Assembly (NCBI GenBank): GCA_036676985.1
Contig: JAKFBU010000023.1
Coordinates: 128,001 to 192,000, forward strand
Reading direction: 5' to 3'
Source: Candidatus Sericytochromatia bacterium
GTDB taxonomy: Bacteria; Cyanobacteriota; Sericytochromatia; S15B-MN24; UBA4093
DNA: 64,000 bases
In this document: piece after piece, positions 58,650 through 64,000 of the stretch
Numbering within the stretch: position 1 is the stretch's first letter
Layout of the letters: every line of letters begins with the position of its first letter
The notes under the pieces: generated by a model
Told to the model about the DNA's origin: nothing
What the model saw: the letters and a program-made list of their open reading frames with translations, nothing else
Database searches by the model: none
Position numbers and translations under genes: made by a program

Positions 58650-60125
58650 GTGAATATCCAGCTTAAAGCAGGAAATCCGACGGCCATCGCGGCCGATGCC
58701 CTGGTGGTGGGGCTCTTCGAGGAGTCGTCCCTGAAAGCGGACCTCCAGGCGATCGATGCGGCGACCGGCGGTCAGCTCGCGGCCCTGCTCGCGCTGGGCG
58801 ACTTCAAGCCGTCGCTCAACGAGACCTTCACCCTCTACAAGGCCGGCAAGGCCAAGCGCCTGATCCTCGTCGGCCTGGGCAAGCAGTCGGAGCTGACGCT
58901 CGATAAGCTTCGCCAGGCCTCGGCGACCGGCCTCAAGGCCGCCCGGGAGCTGAAGGCCAAGCGGGTCGTGCTCGCGGGCTTCCCACATGCGAGCGATCGC
59001 GAGCTCGTCCAGGCGCTCGTCGAGGGCGCGGAGCTCGGGCTGTACACCTACGACGAGATGCGTGGCAAGCTCACGCAGGACGACGTGGCGGCCCCGGTGG
59101 AGCACCTCACGCTGGTCCTGCCCAAGGTCTCCAAGGACGCCGAAGCGGGCCTGGACGCCGGCGTCGCCGTCTCCGAGGCCGTCAACTGGGTGCGCGACCT
59201 GGTCAACCGGCCCGCGAACTACCTGCTGACCCGCGACCTGGTCCGCGAGACCAAGGAGATGGCCGGGCCCCGCGACCTCATCGTCAAGGTCCTCGGCAAG
59301 AAGGAGCTCGAGGCCCAGGGCTTCGGATGCCTCTTGGCCGTCAACGCGGGCTCGATCGAGCCTCCTGCCTTCCTCATCATCGAGTACTGGGGCGGCAAGA
59401 AGAAGGATCGCCCGTACGCGCTCGTCGGCAAGGGCATCACCTTCGACACGGGCGGCGTCTGCATCAAGCCGGCGGACGGCCTCGAGGAGATGAAGTCCGA
59501 CATGGCCGGAGCGGCCACGGTGCTCGGCGTCATGCGCGCCCTGAGCGACCTGCAGGCGCCGGTGAACGTGGTGGGCTTCCTCGCGGTCACCGACAACATG
59601 CCGAGCGGCAGCTCCTACAAGCCGGGCGACGTGTTCACGGCCTACAACGGCCTCACGGTCGAGGTGCTGGACACCGACGCGGAGGGCCGCGTGGTCCTTT
59701 CGGACGCCCTCGCCTACGCGGACAAGAACTACGACCCGGTGGCGACCATCGACCTCGCGACCCTCACGGGCTCGATCATCGTGGCATTGGGCGGGCTCGT
59801 GACGGGGCTCTTCAGCAACGATCAGGGGCTGAGCGATCGCCTGATGGGCGCCAGCGAGCGGACCGGCGAGAAGCTGTGGCCCATGCCCACCTGGGACGTG
59901 TACGGCGAGCAGATCGAGAGCGACATCGCCGACCTGCGCAACATCGGCCGGGGCCGCGGGGACGCCATCCATGCGGCGAAGTTCCTGGAGAAGTTCGCGG
60001 GCAAGCGCCCCTGGGCCCACCTCGACATCGCGGGGCCCTCGTGGCTTGACCACGACCGCGCGTACGAGGCCAAGGGCGGCACCGGACACGGCGTCCGCCT
60101 CTTGGTCGATCTCCTAACGCGCTAG
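58650..60125 (+). CDS. pepA: leucyl aminopeptidase (M17)
   Basis: VGKGITFDTGG, MKSDMAG, TDAEGR, WAHLDIAG. Confidence 0.95.
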   Translation: MNIQLKAGNPTAIAADALVVGLFEESSLKADLQAIDAATGGQLAALLALGDFKPSLNETFTLYKAGKAKRLILVGLGKQSELTLDKLRQASATGLKAARELKAKRVVLAGFPHASDRELVQALVEGAELGLYTYDEMRGKLTQDDVAAPVEHLTLVLPKVSKDAEAGLDAGVAVSEAVNWVRDLVNRPANYLLTRDLVRETKEMAGPRDLIVKVLGKKELEAQGFGCLLAVNAGSIEPPAFLIIEYWGGKKKDRPYALVGKGITFDTGGVCIKPADGLEEMKSDMAGAATVLGVMRALSDLQAPVNVVGFLAVTDNMPSGSSYKPGDVFTAYNGLTVEVLDTDAEGRVVLSDALAYADKNYDPVATIDLATLTGSIIVALGGLVTGLFSNDQGLSDRLMGASERTGEKLWPMPTWDVYGEQIESDIADLRNIGRGRGDAIHAAKFLEKFAGKRPWAHLDIAGPSWLDHDRAYEAKGGTGHGVRLLVDLLTR

Positions 60126-60490
60126 TCCTGGACCGGGGAAGGCTTGCCCTCCGCGTCGACCGCGACGAAGACGGCCTCCGCCTCGGTGACCCGGACGGTG
60201 ATGTCCGGGTTCTTGGCCCGCTGGGCCTCGACGCAGACCTTCACGGTGATGCTGGTGCGCCCCAGGCGGACCAGCGACGTGTAGAAGCTCACGGTGTCGC
60301 CGACGTAGACGGGCTCGTGGAAGACGACCTCGCGCAGGGCCACGGTGACGACGGGCTTGCGCGTGTGCTTGCGTGCCTCGACGCTCGCGGCGATGTCGAT
60401 GTGGCTGAGGATGACTCCGCCGAAGATGGTCCCGTGGGCGTTGGTGTCCTTGGGCATCAACATGACGCGGATGGAAGGTTCTTGGCTCAT
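60122..60490 (-). CDS. acyl-CoA thioesterase (hotdog fold)
   Basis: MPKDTNAHGTIFGG...D, GRTSITV. Confidence 0.92.
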   Translation of the reverse strand: MSQEPSIRVMLMPKDTNAHGTIFGGVILSHIDIAASVEARKHTRKPVVTVALREVVFHEPVYVGDTVSFYTSLVRLGRTSITVKVCVEAQRAKNPDITVRVTEAEAVFVAVDAEGKPSPVQD

Positions 60491-60573
60491 TGGTTACTCC
60501 TTTGGCCGTCATGTTAACAACTCGGCGGGCGATCCGATAGAATCCGAAGGTCGCCAAGAAAGGCAGGAAGCTC

Positions 60574-61197
60574 GTGATCGTCGAAACGCTGGCCGTCGGC
60601 CCCCTGGGATGCAACTGCACGATTCTCGGCTGTCCCGAGACGGGCGAGGCCGTGGTCGTGGACCCGGGCGGCGACGTGGAGGCCATCCAGGAGGTGCTCG
60701 ACCGACACGGCCTCAAGGTCAAGCACCTGTTCCACACCCATGCGCACTTCGACCACGTGCTCGGCACGGGCGACCTGAAGGCGGCGCGCGGCGGCGAGAT
60801 CCTGCTGCACGAGGGCGATCGCGAGCTCTACGAGAACGTGCCCATGCAGGGGCGGATGTTCGGGATGTCGCTCGGGTCCACGCCGCCGGTGGACCGGTTC
60901 GTCGTGGACGGCGAGGTGCTCGCCTGGGGCCGGGAGTCCGGGGCGGTGGTGCACACGCCGGGGCACACGCCGGGCAGCATCTGCCTGCACGTGGGGGCGG
61001 CGAAGCTCGTCTTGACGGGCGATACGCTGTTTGCGGGCGGGATCGGGCGCACGGACCTCTGGGGCGGCTCATTTCCCGAGATCATGCGGTCGATCCACGA
61101 GCGGCTCTTGACGCTGGACGACGACACGGTCGTCATTCCGGGGCACGGGGAGCTCACGACGATCGGGGCGGAACGGGTGTCGAATCCGTTTCTGTAA
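60574..61197 (+). CDS. MBL-fold metallohydrolase (glyoxalase II-like)
   Basis: THAHFDH, TPGHTPG, GDTLF, PGHG. Confidence 0.92.
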   Translation: MIVETLAVGPLGCNCTILGCPETGEAVVVDPGGDVEAIQEVLDRHGLKVKHLFHTHAHFDHVLGTGDLKAARGGEILLHEGDRELYENVPMQGRMFGMSLGSTPPVDRFVVDGEVLAWGRESGAVVHTPGHTPGSICLHVGAAKLVLTGDTLFAGGIGRTDLWGGSFPEIMRSIHERLLTLDDDTVVIPGHGELTTIGAERVSNPFL

Positions 61198-61215
61198 GCT
61201 TCCGTGGTCCTAGCC

Positions 61216-61361
61216 GATCTACCTCCCCATCCCCCCCTGCTAGGGGGGGCAGTCCGACCGCAAGCCACACATCAATCCACCTAGGTCCAACCCTAACGCC
61301 AATCCCCGCAGAGGGCTCCAAACAAAAGCCCCCCCTAGCAGGGGGGGAAGGGGGGTAGATC
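61216..61361. repeat. REP doublet related to 34691-34837
   Basis: GATCTA...C7-TGCTA-G7-C at 61216-61250 and near-perfect reverse complement at 61328-61361. Confidence 0.8.
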
Positions 61362-61382
61362 CGTTGCAGATCCGGTCAGCGG

Positions 61383-61814
61383 CTATTCGTAGACGCGCCC
61401 GGCCTCGTCCTTGATCCAACCGGCGTCGCCAGGCTTGTCCGCCATGTGCGTCCAGTGGATGCCCTGCTTCTTGCCGGTGTAGACCGTCCCGCGGATCGTC
61501 AGCTCGTCGCCGACATCCAGGCCCTCGACCTCGGTGCCGTGCGTCGTGCTGTTGTTGACCTCGTAGACCTCACCCTTGACCGTCTTAACGACGAAATTCT
61601 GGTGAGTCAGGCCCTGGGTGTCCTCGGGCAAGATCTTGACGACCACCACCTCGAACGTCTTGAAGGCGCTCTGCGGGGGTACACCAAGTGCCTCAACCGG
61701 GCCGCTATCGGCAATCTTGGTAGTGATGGGCGTCGTGGACGCTCCGCAACCCACCAGGCCGATGACGGAGGCGACGGCGGCTCCGAACCACAGCTTTTGA
61801 AGCGAACTGCGCAT
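61383..61814 (-). CDS. lipoprotein, OB-fold-like (DUF3465-like)
   Basis: lipobox LVGC; ILPEDT.G..HQ.F, IHWTH, GWI. Confidence 0.7.
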   Translation of the reverse strand: MRSSLQKLWFGAAVASVIGLVGCGASTTPITTKIADSGPVEALGVPPQSAFKTFEVVVVKILPEDTQGLTHQNFVVKTVKGEVYEVNNSTTHGTEVEGLDVGDELTIRGTVYTGKKQGIHWTHMADKPGDAGWIKDEAGRVYE

Positions 61815-61934
61815 GGACTTTCCTCTCTGGCGCGTACCGAGTGCTTGCTGATCCAGATTATCGCCGCTCCCTCGCGGCTCCTTGCGTAAATTTGTTTAAC
61901 AGGCAGTTAACGACCGGACATCATTCGGTCAAGC

Positions 61935-63383
61935 CTACTGCTCGCTCAGGAGCTTCCGGTAGACCTTGTTCGCGATGCCGCGGATGGCGTTCGGGTCCTG
62001 CAGCTTCTTGAGGGCCGCCGCCGCGTTGATCCGGCCGTAGCCGTACACGGGATCGCGATCCCACGAGCCGAGATCGACCGTCGAGTAGCGCAGGGCGTTG
62101 GCGATCTCGTCGGCGGGCAGATCCATGGGCGAGACCTTGAGGTCGATCTGGCGGCTCTCGAAGAAGGCGCGGACCTCCGTGAGCATGTAAGAGGTCACGA
62201 GCGCCGTGGCCCCAGCCGTCAGCGGACAGGCCATGGAGGTGCCGTCCAGGAAGTTGTAGTTCAGGGGGCCCTTGCGGCCATACTTGGGCTGGTAAGAGGG
62301 CACCGTCGAGTAGATGCTCGATCCGGGCGCCGCGAGCGCGTCCATGCGGCCAAAGTTGGAGAAGCTGCTGATGCGATCCTGAGCGTCGGTCGCCACCACC
62401 GGGATGACGCTCGGGATGCCCGCGGGGTTCATGTCCGAGAGGTCGTTCTCGTGATCGTTGCCCGCCGCGGCGAGCACGATCACCCCGCGGCCCGCCGCGT
62501 CGTCGCAGACCGACTGCATCAGGGGCGAGATGCCGTGACCACCGAGGCTCATGTTGATGATCTTGGCGCCGTGGGTGGCCGCATAGTAGATGCCGCGCGC
62601 GATATCCAGGTCGTCTGCGTAAAAGCCCAGGTACTGGCCGTTGTCATAGTACGGCTTGAAGACCTTGACGCCCATGATCTTGCAGTCCGGCGCGATGCCG
62701 CTGCCGCCCTCTTGGTTGTTGCCCGAGGCCGCGATGATGCCCGCCACGTGCGTGCCATGGCCGCCCTCGTCGAGCGAGTCCTCGTCGTTGCCGCCGAAGT
62801 CCGGAGCGTTGATGACCTGGCCCTTGAGATCCGCGTGGGTGTAGTCGACGCCCGTGTCGAGGACGGCCACGATCACCTCGGGATTGCCCTTGGTGAGCTG
62901 CCATGCCTGAGGGGCCTTGACCTTCTCGAGCCAGTACTGCTGGAAAAGATCGGGATCGTTGGTGACCGAGCCCAGGGACGGCACGACGGGCGCGGTGGGA
63001 TCGGTCGCCGGCTGATCGCTGGTGGCATAGAGCACCAGGGGCTGGGCGCTCGCCACGCGGTTGTCGGCGTAGTAGGCGTCGAGGGCCTTCTCGACCGTGA
63101 CGCCGGCGGGCAGCTCGTGGACCTGGTAGCCCTGGAAGGAGTCCGTCACCTTCGCGCCCTTGATGGGCATGTCGCCCTCGGTGAGGCCCGAGGCCTGCAC
63201 CAGGATCTCGCGCTTGGCGTAGAGGGCCTTGTGGTTGGAGATGATGGACTTGGCGCGCGCCTTCTGCTCGGGGCGGGACATGGTCGACTTGAGGCCCGTG
63301 GTGCTCGGGGCCGTGGGGGCCGTGCCGCAGCCGGCGGCGAGCAGGGACAGGGCCAACAGGCCGAGCAGCGATCGACGGAACAT
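61935..63383 (-). CDS. S8 subtilisin-like serine protease, lipoprotein
   Basis: lipobox AAGC; VLDTG, HGTHVAG, GTSMA. Confidence 0.93.
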   Translation of the reverse strand: MFRRSLLGLLALSLLAAGCGTAPTAPSTTGLKSTMSRPEQKARAKSIISNHKALYAKREILVQASGLTEGDMPIKGAKVTDSFQGYQVHELPAGVTVEKALDAYYADNRVASAQPLVLYATSDQPATDPTAPVVPSLGSVTNDPDLFQQYWLEKVKAPQAWQLTKGNPEVIVAVLDTGVDYTHADLKGQVINAPDFGGNDEDSLDEGGHGTHVAGIIAASGNNQEGGSGIAPDCKIMGVKVFKPYYDNGQYLGFYADDLDIARGIYYAATHGAKIINMSLGGHGISPLMQSVCDDAAGRGVIVLAAAGNDHENDLSDMNPAGIPSVIPVVATDAQDRISSFSNFGRMDALAAPGSSIYSTVPSYQPKYGRKGPLNYNFLDGTSMACPLTAGATALVTSYMLTEVRAFFESRQIDLKVSPMDLPADEIANALRYSTVDLGSWDRDPVYGYGRINAAAALKKLQDPNAIRGIANKVYRKLLSEQ

Positions 63384-63611
63384 GGACACCTCCGGCAGAC
63401 ATGGGCGGACTTCCCCTCGTTATCGCCCTCCCGGAGCGATCGCTGACCGTATTTCACCGGAACTTAACCCAAGCTTTAGACTTCATAACCTCTTCCCCCG
63501 CGCGTCGCGTCGGCGAGGGCGCAAGAGCCCGTCCGGTGGTGTTTTGCGGGCGCCCGCCAGAGGGGTATAATGGATCTCCTGCCGAGCCCCCGCCCCCTGG
63601 AAAGACCCACC

Positions 63612-64000
63612 GTGCAACGCGAACTCCGGATCTTCGCCGGTCTCCTCTGGCGCTACCGCCTCCGCTACGGCGTCGGGGTCGCCTCCCTGCTGGTCGTCGA
63701 CATCGGCAACCTGACCATGCCCTGGCTCATCGGGCGCTTCATCGACGAGGCCCAGGCCGGGAGCCTGGATGCCGCCGTCATCTGGCGCTACGTGGGCATG
63801 GTGATGGCGATCGCCGCTTTGGTCGCCGGCTTCCGCTACCTCTGGCGCATGAACATCTTCGGGACGGCGCGCCTGGTCGAGTTCGAGCTGCGCGACCGGC
63901 TGTTCCGGCACCTGCAGCGGATGGGGGCGCGCTTCTACCAGCGGCACTCGATAGGCGACCTGATGGCGCATGCCACCAACGACCTCTCGGCCATCCGCGG
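63612..64000 (+). CDS. ABC transporter TM/ATPase (MdlA-like), 5' part, truncated by window end
   Basis: GTG start; translated FRYLWR...ELRDRLFRHLQ...GDLMAHATND; TTGCGG-N16-TATAAT upstream. Confidence 0.85.
   Translation, partial: MQRELRIFAGLLWRYRLRYGVGVASLLVVDIGNLTMPWLIGRFIDEAQAGSLDAAVIWRYVGMVMAIAALVAGFRYLWRMNIFGTARLVEFELRDRLFRHLQRMGARFYQRHSIGDLMAHATNDLSAIR

Overview
High-GC bacterial chromosomal window (roughly 65-70% GC by eye), mostly core genes. I saw no tRNA/rRNA, CRISPR array, transposase or integrase. It holds an aerobic respiratory cluster: an A2-type caa3 cytochrome c oxidase operon with ctaG/ctaA/ctaB, and a Rieske/split cytochrome b/pentaheme cytochrome c complex III. Other genes: alr, a two-component pair, fliJ/fliK-like genes with a J-domain/TPR protein, mutL, clpB, rnz, an acyl-CoA ligase, ffh-rpsP-khpA, an ECF sigma/anti-sigma/RseB/HtrA operon, glpK-agpS-like-glpD, an exported cyanophycinase-like protein, pepA, lipoproteins and several orphan repeat proteins. 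Gene content is reminiscent of non-photosynthetic Cyanobacteriota relatives such as Sericytochromatia, but that is a low-certainty inference. Most notable: (1) an exported peroxiredoxin with TGA at the peroxidatic Cys position followed by a SECIS-like hairpin, probably a selenoprotein; (2) arrays of TTAA-like half-sites phased at exactly 11 bp (CtrA-box-like) upstream of several orphan and lipoprotein genes, in some cases next to sigma28-like promoters; (3) an 87%-identical cytochrome c domain fused to both complex III and complex IV; (4) a protein with six ~118-aa repeats in an alternating pattern; (5) a possible ether-lipid operon.
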